Shown here: positions 1 to 14,270 of the stretch, piece after piece
Numbering within the stretch: the stretch's first letter is position 1
Layout: every line of letters starts with the position of its first letter
Source of the DNA: the human T2T-CHM13v2.0 reference genome, Homo sapiens
Direction: 5' to 3' (one strand)
Assembly: GCF_009914755.1 (NCBI RefSeq)
Contig: NC_060936.1
Length of the DNA stretch: 64,000 bases
The notes under the pieces: generated by a model
Seen by the model: only the letters and a program-made list of their open reading frames with translations
Database searches by the model: none
What the model was told of the DNA's origin: nothing
Position numbers and translations under genes: made by a program

Positions 1-329
1 GCTCACACCCAGGGAGTGACAAAGCATGTCCAGAAAATCAGGGATTCCCCTTCTGCCAAGGAGGCGCGAGTGGAGACAGCCAATTCTCCATGGTCAGGAG
101 GGGGATGTTTCAAAGCTCCAGGCCTCTGAGGTTGGCAGAACTGCATGTTGTTTTGGGAAACTGTGCATTGCAGCAATTGTGAGAGAACAGAACTGTCTTC
201 GAGGCAAGAGAAATAACAGAGCTGAAATAGACCATGCAATAATGGTGAACTGTAATCTCAGGTTTCATTGGTGCCATGATCTTAATTATAAATAGTATTT
301 GAAACCCATTTTTCTCCCTCTTTAATGAT

Positions 330-530
330 AACAACTAAGTTTGTTAAGTAGTTACTCTGTTTTAGGCACTGTCCTAAGGGAATTAGAATACTATAAGTAT
401 TTTGGACAACAATTTGATCCTCAGGACAACCCTTTTGATAGGATTATTGTGATCTTCACTGAAAATTGAAGAAACTGAGTCTCAGAGGCTAGACAAGGAC
501 TTTGTTACACAGTTAAGAGAGTGTGAATCC
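330..530 (-). mobile_element. MIR SINE relic
   Basis: ggcactgtcctaag...gatcctcaggacaaccc...gaagaaactgagtctcagagg resembles the antisense MIR core. Confidence 0.65.
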
Positions 531-569
531 CAGGCTTTGTGAAAGATTAAAATAAGCACAAAATAAATG

Positions 570-1100
570 CATGTTACAAATCATTACTGAAAAGGAGCAA
601 ATGCATTTAACCTCAAAGTTAGCTCGCAGTTTCTGAACGTCAAGAATCTGGAAGCAGCTTAACTGCATGGTTCTGCTTCAGAGTCTCTCATGACATGGCA
701 GTCAAGTAGTCAGATGGGCTGTCGTCTCATTTGAAGGCTTGACTGGGGGAAATTCATTTCAATGCTTATTCATGTGGCTGTTGGCAGGAAGTCTCAGATT
801 CTCACTATGTAGGTCTCTCTTCAGGGCTGCTCCCAAAATAGCTCCCCCCACCTGCCCCCCACCCCGCCCCCCACCATGATCAGTTGAAAGACAGAGAGGA
901 GAGAAGAGAGCAGGGAGGAGGGAGAAGGGAGGAAGAAAAAAGGAGAGCAGGAAAGGGGGGGATGGGGGAGAGATAATATACCTGCAATTTCTTTTGTTAT
1001 CTAATCTCAGAGGTGAAACACCATCACTTCCGCTGTATGCCATTGGTGAGACCAACCCTGGTATAATGTGGGAGGGAACTACACAAGGATAGGACTATTA
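570..1100 (-). mobile_element. MLT1 (F/G/H-like) MaLR LTR with a purine-rich insert at ~885-970
   Basis: gtcaagaatctggaagcagcttaactg, catttgaaggcttgactggg, catgtggctgttggcagg and ccatcacttccgc are typical antisense MLT1 blocks. Confidence 0.7.
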
Positions 1101-1419
1101 GAAACTGGTTACCATAAGAATACATCTCTCCGCTAGAAAATCTTTGTGGTCTTCACGTGAAACAACACACCAAGGACCTAGTATCCTTTATTTTTTTCTC
1201 TCCATCCATCACTCCGACCAATGTCAAATATATACAATTGGAGGGAACATTTCTTGCCAAAGAATGAGGAGCTTCTATGTTGATTCTGCATGGGAATATC
1301 ACCCGATAAACTTTGTTCCTGTCAACTCAGTCTCCTTAACAAATAGGCAGGTAGCATTGTCTTCCCTTTTACCACCTTGAATCAAGGATGCTGGTTATTC
1401 TAACTCCAATTCCATCTCG

Positions 1420-1885
1420 AAGGTTAATTCTCTACCTTGCTCTGCCCTCTTTGTGATGCACACAGACTATGAAACTCATGTTCCCTTACCCCGGCTTTCA
1501 GTTGGGTTTGACCAATGATAAACACCAGCAGAAGACTGAGGGTGGCAAGAGAGAGAGCTTGGGTATCAATGCCTCTACTCCCTCTCTGCTTCTGTATTAT
1601 ATATCTGAAAGGGTTTGTGGCTCCCCATGTCTACATCACTCACTGGGTGACCTCACCTCCATGGCTCCAGCTTTCACTGGACTCCAAGGGTCCTTTTCCT
1701 CCCACTGCCCCTTGTGTTCCAGGGTTGGTGACAACTTCCTGCTGTTAGAAGTCCCTGATGGTGCTTCATCATCCATTTCTGGTTCTCCTAACTCAGCTCA
1801 CAATTCTGTAAATAGCCCTTATGGAAATGTCTCTCAGTTAAACAGCTGAACGAATTTTTTTTTTTTCTGCTGGGATCCTGGCTCC
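1420..1885 (+). mobile_element. LTR33-like ERVL solo LTR
   Basis: ggctttcagttgggtttgaccaatg...caccagcagaagactgagggtggcaagagagagag...ctgtaaatagccc...tgctgggatcctg. Confidence 0.7.
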
Positions 1886-3499
1886 ATAGACAATGAAATG
1901 GGCTCTGACTCCCACACCTTTGTTTCTTCACACTTCAAGACGATCCTTTAAACATGTATAAGTGTACAGAAGGGCATAAGGCTCACTTTCGTAAACATGG
2001 GATTTGAGAAATCCCTCGAGACATATTATGGGGTATGAGGATTCACATGACCTAGGATTCACATGGCCCTGACCACCACATCAACCTCGCAGAGCCTTTT
2101 TGAATCATCAAAAGTTTTATGCATTTTAAATGTGGAATGCATGAACGTGGGCTTTAAGAGGATTTCCAGTGGATGATTACCTAGGGCACTGAAATGTGAG
2201 GAGCTTGTTGGCAGGAAGTCTCTTCCTCATCCCCCAAATCCCGCCTCCCTACCAAAACCAATCACAGTTTGCAATTTGAGTTATGTAACACTGTGTATGG
2301 CCTCCTCTTTATTATAATTTCCTCATAGGAATCTTTATTGTTTTTTCTTTCTGAGGAAAGAAGGTAGAGGAAACCTAAGTTTAAGAACATCCCTTCCTTA
2401 GACGAATAAAATGTAGTAGTCTTCTATTACTGATCGTGTCTAAGAGAAAAGAAAAATAGCAAAGCTGGCAATGATTTTGCAAATCACTCCCTCTTACATT
2501 CATTTATCCATTCACTTATACCTTCCGAGATCTGTACCTTGTGTTAGGGAGGTTCTGAGGGTGCACAAAGAAATCCGATGGGGTATCTTCCCTCAAGGAG
2601 CCCACAGTTAAGAGAAATTAAGCAGACAAGAGCAAAACAGTCAAAGTAAAGAAGAGCTTTTTGTCATTGTATTTGTTTGTTTGTTTTTTTAAATCTAGAC
2701 TTTCTCTCTTTTCCTCTACCACAGAAGGTCAAACTGAGGGCGCATTCTTCCACGTGCTGTGTTCCATAAGAGTAGATTAAATAATTAGGATGATTTTGTT
2801 CATATTTAAGAAGGCATTTCTCAGGCAGGCTTTATGGAGGAGAGGTGGAGAATGAGGGCACAAAAACCCAGGAGAAAACCATTCTAATTAAACCATACCT
2901 CCAAGCTAAAGGAAATCTCTATTTTTTTAATTTTTTTTATTAAATAAGCAAACAAAATCCTCTCGCTTCCCCTCTTTGATGAATCCTTGCTTCACGGCGG
3001 TTCCTGAAGTTACAACAGTACATGGGACCATTAGTCCAATCACCAACTATCAACTCAAGCTGGAGGAAGACAAATGAAGCTTTCTCCCTTTTTCCCTACA
3101 CAACTTTAACACCACAATTACAGACGTACACATCAAGGTAGGAAGATTGTTGTTGTTGTTGCTTGTTGTTTGTATTTTGGTAGAGCTTCTTTTATCTTTT
3201 GTTCTTGGAATTTAAAAGATCTAAGGGAGTTGACCTGGAAAGATATTTATACTTTATTGGAGAATGGGAAAAGTTGTTTACTGGAAGATATATACAGTTT
3301 CATCTCACTTTTATGGACATATAAGTGCATGCCTGTGTGTGTCTGGGTGTATATATAATACTTAAGAATGTACAGAAAATGTGGATGAATATAAATTAAA
3401 AGGTAGTTTTCATTTTAAGTAACAAAATTGCAGATCATTGTTATTTTTCTCTTTGTGTTTATATGTTTTTTTTCAAATTTTTAACCTTTTAATATTGCC

Positions 3500-3690
3500 A
3501 CCACTTATGGAATACTTGCTATGTGTTTTCATAAGTGCTGTTTACATCCATTACCTCATATAATCCTTTCAGATACCCCACGGAGAAGGGTCCTATTACT
3601 GTTCCCATTATGCAGATCAAAAAAGTGAAGTCCAGAAAGATTAAGACTCTTGTGTAAAGTCACAAAACTCATAAGTTATAAGTTTAAGAT
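3500..3690 (-). mobile_element. MIR relic
   Basis: tacttgctatgtg...tattactgttcccattatgcagat...aaagtcacaaaact. Confidence 0.65.
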
Positions 3691-3696
3691 TGGATC

Positions 3697-4005
<309 letters not shown>

Positions 4006-4478
4006 TCATGTGAAGATATTTTTTAAACATTATCTAGAGAAAGAACTATGGAATTAATTCCTAAGAAACCAATTTAGAGAGTTAAAGGGAAGGGCAAAAC
4101 TCACATTCATTTGAAAACTCCCTACCACATTTTCTAGAAGCCAAGTTGTTTGGCCAAAGCTCCAGATATTGGTGTGGTTAAAATGAAGTGAGAAAAAAAG
4201 CAGACCAGCAAAGAGCACGATGCCATTTTTCTAAGAGAGAGACAAAGAGAGAGAGTGTTATATTTTCATCTAAGATGATTTTCATTATAAGATTCAATAT
4301 TGATTTGATGTCCTCTTTTATTTAGAGGGGTATGAGATGAGTGGTGTGAAATATTAAATATATGTACCTATCCTTTATTTTAAGATGTGTCCTGATCTCA
4401 GACATCAGGAGAGCATGTGTGTACCTTAGAATCAAGGAATACTCATGGCAGATAATCTTTGCAGAAATAAGGACCAAA

Positions 4479-4750
4479 GGCCGGGCATGGTGGCTCAGGC
4501 CTGTAATCTCAGCACTTTAGGAGGCCGAGGTAGCTGGATTACTTGAGGTCATTCGAGACCGGCCTGGCCAACATGGCGAAACCACGTCTTTACTAATAAT
4601 ATATAAATTTGCTGGGTGTGTTGGTGGGCACCTGAAATCCCAGCTACTCGGGAGGCTGAAGAATTGTTTGAACTCGGGAGGTGGAGGTTGCAGTGAGCCA
4701 AGATTGCACCATTTCACTCTAACCTGGGCGACAGAGTGAGATTCTGTCAA
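4479..4750 (+). mobile_element. Alu (AluS), tail expanded into a GAAA/GGAA microsatellite
   Basis: ggccgggcatggtggctca...gtgagattctgtcaa; probable TSD aaggaccaaa / aaggagcaaa on the far side of the microsatellite. Confidence 0.93.
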
Positions 4751-4992
4751 GAAGAAAGAAAGAAAGAGAAAGAAAGAAAGAAAGAAAGGAAAGAAAGAAA
4801 GAAAGAAGGAAGGAAGGAAGGAAGGAAGGAAGGAAGGAAGGAAGGAAGGAAGGAAGGAAGGAAAGAAAGAGGGAGGGAGGGAGGGAAGGAAGGAAGGAAG
4901 GAAAGAATGGAGGGAGGGAGAAAGGGAGGGAAGGTAGGAGGGAGGGAAGGAAGGAAGGAAGGAAGGAAGGAAGGAGGGAAGGAAGGAAGGAG
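4749..4992. repeat. (GAAA)n-(GGAA)n-(GGGA)n purine microsatellite
   Basis: Read directly; includes 14 perfect consecutive GGAA at 4808-4863. Confidence 0.98.
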
Positions 4993-5904
4993 CAAAATAC
5001 TCCAAGGAACAAAATATTCCTTATTATCTCTGCATTTCCCATGTTTTCTACATTGAATCCTTATCGCTTTTGTCATAATTAAAAGTTTATTTTAAAGACA
5101 AAGCAATTGCACTCAAAAACATCTTTCTGCATTATACCCCATCTCTCATTATACCCCTTTTCTTTGTATGAACCCACAGGGGCAGAGATCTGTAGACCTC
5201 TCTGTTCCTAGAAGGGTTAAGCTATGTTTCTGGAGACCACTAGTATTTGACCTACAGCTGACCCATTTTACAGATGAGAAAAAGAAGAATCAAGTCAAAT
5301 ACAAGTTAGAATTCTCAGCCCCTATATTTTAGCAAGGGTCTTTTTGTTGTCTAACAACCTACTTTATAACCCCAAGAGGGTGGTGGATAGAAAGAGAGAT
5401 ATGAAAGGGAAAATCTCATAGAACACCCCAAACAAAAGCAAAGTAGAGAAAAACCTCTTGGAAAGTGACACTAGCTACAATGTTGCTGGAGTAAATATCC
5501 AGGGCCAGTCATTTGGAGACCTTTACTCTCCTAATGTAACTCAGTTCTATTCACTTTTCACGTTTGAGTGTCTTCCTCATTTCCTCACCTGTATATCTTC
5601 CTTGTCCCTTATAGCACCTCCTTCCTTGCATCTTCCAAGTTACCATGGTTCCTCCGGCCTTAGCTTTGCCCCACACAATCTCTCTGTACAACCTTTTAGC
5701 TCCCAAACTTCCCTGTCACCGCCACTCAGTGTCCTCCCAGCTAACTTACAGAAAGAGAGAGAATTACATTGGCCTGTTCACCTTCATCTGTGCCAAGTAA
5801 CACCACCGGTGACAGCTCAGCTGAAAGGCAATCTATAAAAGACTTCCGCTGAGTCCACGGTGATCCTTATTTCCTTGTATATTGACACCATTCATGCATT
5901 TATG

Positions 5905-6425
5905 GGATCATTCATTTATTCATTCAACAACTATGTATTGAGCACCAACTCTCTGGTAGTTCTAAGCACTGGGAATATAACAGTAGACAAAACAGGCAAC
6001 AGTGACACAGTGTGTGTAGGGGGGGTCAGGCATTAAATATGATATGTATGTAAATTACATAGTGTATTTGATAGGAATAAATAAGGCAGAGTGAAGTGGA
6101 GGGGGAGGTATTAGGGAGGTTATGATTTTAAATAAGATGGCCAGAATAGGCCTCCCCGAGGTGACATTTGAACAACAATTGGGGGTAAGGGAGTATTCCA
6201 TGATGCCATCTCGGGAAGGAGTTTCAGGCAGAGGAGGCAGTGAGTGCAAAGGTCCTGAGGTGGCAATCATGCCTGGTATGTTTGAGGAGCATTATGGGAA
6301 GTCTGTGCCTCTGGAGGAGAGTGAGGAAAAGAACTGTGCAGGAGATGAAATCAGATACCCCCCAGCAGGTGGAGGGTAGGTGGCCAGGTAGAGCCTGTGG
6401 GTCACTGTAAGCAATTTGGGTTTTC
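5905..6425 (-). mobile_element. L2 LINE 3' region
   Basis: ttcattcaacaactatgtattgagcacc...gaggtgacatttgaac...caggcagaggaggcagtgagtgcaaaggtcctgagg. Confidence 0.85.
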
Positions 6426-6638
6426 CCCTCCTTAGTCTAATGAAAAAGAATATTTCACCAAAGCACTTTAGGAGCCCCTCTTTGCACATGTATTGAGGTG
6501 TTAAAAACAGAAAAAGGCTACAACAACTTTTCTTTGGGGGAAGAAAAGCTAAAATCATTACGCAGATAAAGTGCATAGAAAGTCCCAGTTGTGGTGCTGG
6601 CATGTGTACACACACATATACACGTGTATGCGTGCCTG

Positions 6639-6670
<32 letters not shown>

Positions 6671-6689
6671 CTGTCCTCCCCGAGAAGTA

Positions 6690-7000
6690 GGGGTGATATA
6701 AATAGAGACATGGCGACGGCGAAGGTGGCAGCCTGGAGCCTTGGGCTGAGGTCGGATGAAGCCGCGGCACTAACGCTAATGAATTCTGATGATTTGGAGC
6801 GGTCATTAAACTAATAAGCCCATCTCCAAATTAGCACAGCGGTTGCAGCCAGGGAACATTTAATCAGGCCACCTTCATTATTTTAGACACGGCACACTTG
6901 GCGAAAGTGGCTGTAGGAGACGAGACTGGGGACCCTCATCTGATAATTTTATCACTTGCCTGCCAGAGCGTGAAGGAATCAGCGTGATGAAGTTGCCCTG
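6690..7000. promoter_or_regulatory. Candidate conserved non-coding element / enhancer
   Basis: No recognisable repeat, 14 CpG in ~275 bp, seven TAAT/ATTA cores, inverted GATA pair TGATAA-TT-TTATCA at 6941-6954. Confidence 0.45.
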
Positions 7001-7434
7001 TTGGTTTCTTTCCCTGCCAGAAGGGAATGCCAGGGAAAAGCAAGCCTTCGTCTCCTCTATAATTACATGATCCCCATCTTTTTAAAAAATGTCTTGTGAT
7101 ACATTCATGATTTCCAATTTTGAATGTATTCTTAGAGTTTTGCTAGTTGGTGTCTACCTTCTAAAGAGCTTCTGTGCTTCAATTCCTCCCATTCTCTCTC
7201 CACCTCCCTCTCCTACCAAAAATTGATCCAACCCCTGGCCCAGCAACCCCACCCTTGCAAACCTCAGCTCAGACAAGGCCATGCATGAGGAAGGAGGGTG
7301 GTGGGTGCCCATGGAGATTTTCAATTCCTCTCTTGAAATTTCTAGCCACACTCTCTTTTACATATGCCCCAGCATTCCCTGAAATGCCACCTTTTCTGGG
7401 CCAGTTTGTAATCTCTGTGGCCTGATCAAAGATG

Positions 7435-7538
7435 AGGGTGACCAACTCACCTTGGGTTTCCTGGGACTTTTAGCACTGAAAGTCCCATGTCCTAGGAATT
7501 CCTTAGTCCCTGGCAAACTGGGACTGCTGGTCCCCGTG
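7435..7538. mobile_element. MER81-like hAT-Blackjack MITE
   Basis: agggtgaccaac...ttttagcactgaaagtccc...ggcaaactgggac...ggtccccg with terminal inverted repeats. Confidence 0.75.
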
Positions 7539-8224
7539 TCAGAGATTCAGCATCATTTCCTTCTCATAGTGGGCTTCAGTTTTTTGAGTGTAGTTTGGGT
7601 TTATGTGGTTGTTATTAATAAAGGATGAAATGCTGTTTCCCATAAGCAGCTCTCCCTCTCTCTCTCTTTCTCTCTCTCTCTTCCCCTATATTTCTTCTCT
7701 CTGATTCTGTCTCAATTTCTTCTTCTCATTAGGAAGATTAGATGAGTTAACGCTCCATGCATGGGAAAGTTCTGTAAAGATAATTGCATCCAACCCCTTC
7801 ATTTTAAAAACAACTCAAAATCGACATCACAGAGTGCATGGGGCGGGGCTTTCCCAGCCGGGAGGAGCTGCATGTGGAAACTGAGGCTTAGAGAGTTAAA
7901 TACTGCACTCAGGATGCCGCAGGCTCGTCCTCGGTGGTCCCTTGCTTCATCCCCAGGCCTGCCTGACTCCAAACACTGCCCTGGTAGGCACTGTCTTCTA
8001 TGGCCTTAGGGAGCCACTTAACTTCAGTTTCTCCATAATACAAAAAGATAAATAATCCCTGCATTTTCTTCCTCACAGGAAGATTTAGGGTGGAATGAAC
8101 AAACATACTATAGACGTTCTCTCCAGGAAAAGCAAGTGGTGAACAGTCTAATCACCATTGTGTTTACCCAGGTCCTTTCCCTGGGGTATTCACTTTTCTC
8201 TGCCTTAGATAGAAATAGAAAGAG

Positions 8225-8263
8225 TGTGTGTGTGTTTTGTGTGTGTGTGTGTGTGTGTGTGTG
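8225..8263. repeat. (TG)n microsatellite
   Basis: Read directly. Confidence 0.95.
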
Positions 8264-8699
8264 TTTATTAGCTACTGCTGAACAATTTCTCCATAGTTCT
8301 CAGAGAAAGTGGCCCTCTGTAGGCATAAGAGGGATAGAACATTGATCCTACAAAAGCATGCAAAGCTAACAGCTGTTCTTACCTTTACAAACACTTCTTT
8401 CAGGCCTGGGGAGGCCTCCTGGTTGGAGGATCAGGGAATTAGGCCATGAAGCTGCAGAAACAGGGCAGAAGAAGAATTAAGTAAATAAACATGCCATTTG
8501 AAGGTGATTAAGTGGTTGACAGGAACCTCATCGTGGGTGGGTTAGTTAATCAATATTTACTGAATCCTTACATTAGAGGCCATCTTGAGTCTTTAGAAGA
8601 TGTCGTTCTTGCTGCAGAGGTAATGGAAAAGATCTTTAGAAAGCCAAGACTCCAGTCCCGGCATTTGGCAATCTATACCCTTTCTGACATGATAATGCC

Positions 8700-8950
8700 C
8701 ACGATCATTTATTGAGCATTTACTAGGACCCATGATGTACATTATTGAATGTGCATTATTGGTAAATATATATAATAGTAAATATACATAATATATTTTA
8801 TTTTAAAATATACATTATGAAGTGTATGTTATTTTTATTGGATTCTCACTGTAATCTCTATGAGAAAACTGAGACTCAGAGAAGCTAAGTGACTTACCTG
8901 CTGGAATGCAGGCTTCTGCGTACACTTCTCAACTTCCACGGATTCTGCCT
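8700..8950 (-). mobile_element. MIR relic with AT-rich insert
   Basis: catttattgagcatttacta...gagaaaactgagactcagagaagctaagtgactt. Confidence 0.65.
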
Positions 8951-8984
8951 CCCTTCGCCTGAGTATCATTCCAGATAGGCTAGA

Positions 8985-9495
<511 letters not shown>

Positions 9496-9504
9496 TAGGA
9501 TTTG

Positions 9505-9865
9505 TGGCAGTAACAAACATCCCCCAAATCTTGATGGATTGAAATAACAAGGGCTCATTTCTTGTGCATGCTGCATGTTCATCACAGGCTGGCTGAGGGC
9601 TCTGCTCCATGCCATCCTCCCTTTAAGAATAAGGATAATGGAGGAACTATCATTTGGAATACTGCCATTCTCAAGAGCAGAGGAAAAAAGATCTCTGGTG
9701 GATCTCTCACTGGCATTAAATGCCCATCAAGAAGTTCACAACTCATTGGCTAGATTTAATCACATGACCCTAACTAACTGCAAGGAGAGCTGAGATTGTC
9801 TATTACATTTGGGAAAGATGAAGAGCCAGAAATATTTGATAAGCATCAGTAAAACCATCACAGCC
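9505..9865 (-). mobile_element. MLT1 (K/L-like) LTR
   Basis: gcagtaacaaacatcccccaaatc...ctcattggctagatttaatcacatgacc...aactgcaagg. Confidence 0.7.
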
Positions 9866-10339
9866 TCCTACAAATAAATCCAACAAGTGTTTACCAAGCA
9901 CTGATTAAACAACCAACACTATGGGTGATATTCAAAAAACTCTTCGCTCCCTTTCTTGTGAACCCTGGCTACTTCAACAATAAAAAGGAAAAAATCTGAA
10001 TGACAGTTCGAATTACATGCACACAAAAGGCACATCAAAAGTTTTGCAACTTTAAAATATGCAGTGACTACAAAGGATCTTTTTGACTTATGCAAAATTT
10101 GAATTGCACAAGACTTTCCAAAATAAAAACTCTTGCATAAGCTGGGAGTGACTGTGTTTTAAATGGAGATCACTCTGTACGCACATTTTTGCATACTGTC
10201 TTTTTTTCTTATCATTTCTATATCTTGGATTTTATAGATGACATCATTTTCTCAGGCTGTAATATTCTATGACGTATTTAACCAGTCTTTTTTGTTGAAT
10301 ATTCAGGTTCTAATTTTTTTGGCCATTATATTTTTTTCT

Positions 10340-11215
<876 letters not shown>

Positions 11216-12089
11216 TGCTATTATTTGCAACAATGAATTAGCTGATGGCAAAATATTTCTGCATATTTATTTCTTTAGAAAAAAACACTAAAAGTAGAAT
11301 CATCCAGTTAAGAAAAATGAATGCTTTTAAGAGTTTTGCTATGCAGTGTCAAAATGCTACCCTAGAGCTTATACCAATTCAGATTCCCATCAGCATTCTA
11401 TGAATGTCCATTTCATCACACTCTCACAAGAATGATAAGTAGGTTTTAATCACAAATTTGAGAGTAAAATATGTTATTGCAATTATGGCTTGTGTTTCTC
11501 TGGTAACTAATGTGTGTGAATATATATAGTTTTAAATATTCATTAGCAAAATTTTCATTCTTTTTCACTTATTAGTTTATGTCCCAGTTCCATTTTATTT
11601 TCCTTTGGGGTTTTAGAATTTTGCTTATTCTATGACTGCTTTATGTAAAAGAGCACTTAACCCTTTGTTGAATATATATGTAGCTAAAATTATTTCCAGT
11701 ATGTCTCTTGCCTTTTAGTTATCTTTTAAAAAATAAATAAATAAATAAATGATATTGGGGAGACCTGATTTGGTGTAAGTGCTAAGGGAACAATTTGACA
11801 ATATGTATTGAAAGTTTTTAAAACTTAATACTCCTTGAATAAGCAATTCCACTTATGGAAATTTTTCCTAAGGAAATCCAAATGAATCTGCCAAAATATT
11901 CAGGTACCTGATTAATCATTGTAGTGCTGCAAATGATAACAAAATGAGGTCTTTATTTAGTGAGACCTACCCATTCTTTCTTTCCTTGTGTTTCCTTTTT
12001 ATTGTTTATATCAATGTTATACTAAGAGACATAAAGATGATGTCATTTTACTATTCTTTGAAGTTTTCTTTTTTGCTTAATTAAAAATG

Positions 12090-12452
12090 GATAGATAGAT
12101 AAAACAAACATGGATAGCTATATGATAGTAGATGATAGGTAGGTACGTAGATAGATTAGATTAGATAGATAGATAGATAGACAGATAGATAGATAGATGA
12201 TAGAGATAGATACATAGATAGATAGACAGACAGACAGATAGATACACAGATAATAGGTGGGGTGAATGGATGGGTAGATAATCATATATATAATTATGTA
12301 TATAAATACTGTGTATATAGATATACAGATACATATATGTATGCATGTATGTATACACACACACAGAAGGAGAGACAGAAAGGGGGAGAGAGAGAGACAG
12401 AGACAGAAACAGTGTCAGAGAGAGACAGGGAGAGAAAGAGAGAGCGAGAGAG
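12090..12452. repeat. Compound microsatellite (GATA/GACA)n, (TA)n, (CA)n, (GA)n
   Basis: Read directly. Confidence 0.95.
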
Positions 12453-12456
12453 ATCC

Positions 12457-12575
12457 ACTGGTTCCCTATATTGAATGTACATGAGGATCACATGCAGAGC
12501 TTTAGTAACTTACACAAGTCTGGGCTCCTCCTCCAGAAAGAATGATTCAGTGGGGTTGGGTGGGGCCCAGGCATG
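12457..12575. mobile_element. MER5-family fragment
   Basis: ctggttccc...ggatcacatgcagagcttt...tgattcagtggggttggggtggggcccaggcat. Confidence 0.6.
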
Positions 12576-12664
12576 GAGGAAAGAGCGTGAGCAATGGTAC
12601 TAGGAAGAGAAGCCAAGAATCAGAGAAAAAACAAGGGGGCAGCTGAGTCACCTCCAAAGCAGAG

Positions 12665-13030
12665 AGCTAGAGTTCAGAATGAGCAAGCTCCTGCCTAACT
12701 GAAAGTAAAATCCACACTCCGCCAAACGGCACTGAGGCTGCATTCCCACCCAGCCCTGGAGCATTGCTCAGAGCCCACCTTGTCCCAGGCTCCCCAGCCT
12801 CAACCCACCCAGTTCCCCTGGTTTTTGTTTCTGTTTCCCCAAAATGCCAAGCCGGTTTCTGTCCCAGGATCTTTGTTCCTGAGCTTCTCTCTGCCTGAGA
12901 CATGGCTGTTTCTCATTATTTATTTAACAAAGTACAAAAGGCACATCCTCAGGGGCACCCTTCCTGGACTCTTTCTTTCAAACACCACCCCAGTTCCTCA
13001 TAACCAGGTACTTCCTGCCTCATGACCACA
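12665..13030 (+). mobile_element. L2 fragment
   Basis: aaagtaaaatccacactcc...tttctgtttccccaaaatgccaagc...ctctgcctgag. Confidence 0.6.
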
Positions 13031-13494
13031 TCTTGGGGCTCTCTCCTCCATCCCTCTCCATGGCTCAGTTCTCTCCATCTCTTTCTCACCTAACCAGGGC
13101 ACCTGCTCACCCCTTCAGCTTCTGCTGTGGGTTGTCAGTAATTCAAGTCCATCAGGCTCATCTCTGGAAAGGACAATGGGGATGGTGTCACATCATCTTC
13201 CAAGTATGACTTTCAGTTTCTCTTCACCTATCGATGTGCTATTATGCCAAAAGCCTGTCTGCTCTCTTGCTCTCTCTGCCTTCAGTTGTATTGCCAAATG
13301 TGCCTTTTATTACCCTATCCTTGGTGTATGCCATTCTGGAGTGTGGGTAGGAAATACTGCACCCCATATATGAATTGTTCCACTGATCTCTTGAAAACCT
13401 AGAGTGAGAATATATTTAATGAGGACCTACCATGTTCTAGGTATTGTGATGGGCAATGAAGATTAAGATGTTCTCCCATTAGTCAAGGATCTTT

Positions 13495-13598
13495 CAGGCA
13501 CTCTTCAGTTTGCCACAGTCCCGGTGACTCCCTATCGTTCCCCTTAGCCTGCTTTATACATTTCTTACTCGCCACGTCCCTGTCGCCATTTGAGATTC
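13495..13598 (+). mobile_element. MER102 3' portion
   Basis: ctcttcagtttgccacagtccc...actccctat...cctgtcgccatttgag. Confidence 0.6.
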
Positions 13599-13719
13599 TA
13601 ATATTTGTTGTTGAAATTGTTAAGAAGTTTACAGCAGGTTTTAAGCAGAGATGTGACAGGGATCTGTTTTGTTATTTATAGGGGACATAGACATGTAAAC
13701 ACAATTCCAGTTCTGTAAA

Positions 13720-14050
13720 TGTCATTAATCATGTACTATTTGTTGAGCACCTTCTATGTGCCTGGCCTGTTGAAGTCCTGGGCACTGTTTTAGGTGCTAT
13801 GACAAGAGTAAGGCAGAATGCCTTAAGAATGTACCAGAGGATCCCTTTACTCACTTCGAGGATTCAGATGGGATTTCCTGATGGAAGATGGTGACTAAGA
13901 GCGAAAGAGTCTGCAAGGGATAAAATGCTCCAGGCAGAAGAAATAGAAAATGCAAAGCTCAGGGTTAAGAACATGGGGAGTTTGAGGAGGTAAGAGCAGT
14001 TCAGTAGGCAATGCAGGGGGTAATAGGAATTCAGAGTCTGGAAGGATAAA
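13720..14050 (-). mobile_element. L2 fragment (resumes at ~14430-14590)
   Basis: tatttgttgagcaccttctatgtgcc...ccaggcagaagaaatagaaaatgcaaagctc. Confidence 0.7.
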
Positions 14051-14057
14051 TAAGGGC

Positions 14058-14270
14058 CAGTGGTTCCAAACTGCAGATTCAAGAGCCAAACGCTACCCTT
14101 CAAAATGTGTGTTTTGGGACATTCATGTGCTGTTGAAAAATATTTTTGAAATGGTTATCATTCAAAAATGGGCAGATTTCACATAAACATATAAACTTTC
14201 AACTTATATTTTAAATGGGGGAAAATCTGGTCACAGTGGGCCCAGATTTGCATGTGTCAACTGTCAGCCA
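14058..14270 (+). mobile_element. MER102 5' portion
   Basis: cagtggttccaaactg...aaaaatgggcagatttcacataaa...aatctggtcacagtgggccc. Confidence 0.65.

Noticed and set aside
4517-5076. PSFL / EGRK repeat ORFs
   Set aside because: GGAA microsatellite plus Alu read-through.
6360-6376. CTCF-like ccagcaggtggagg
   Set aside because: Mismatched at the 3' core and inside an L2 relic; not supportable without ChIP data.
6695-6814. TATA-like box plus good-context ATG (gacATGG) as a small gene start
   Set aside because: The ATG is only ~15 bp from the TATA-like motif, upstream of where transcription would start, and the ORF is ~34 codons; kept only as a regulatory candidate.
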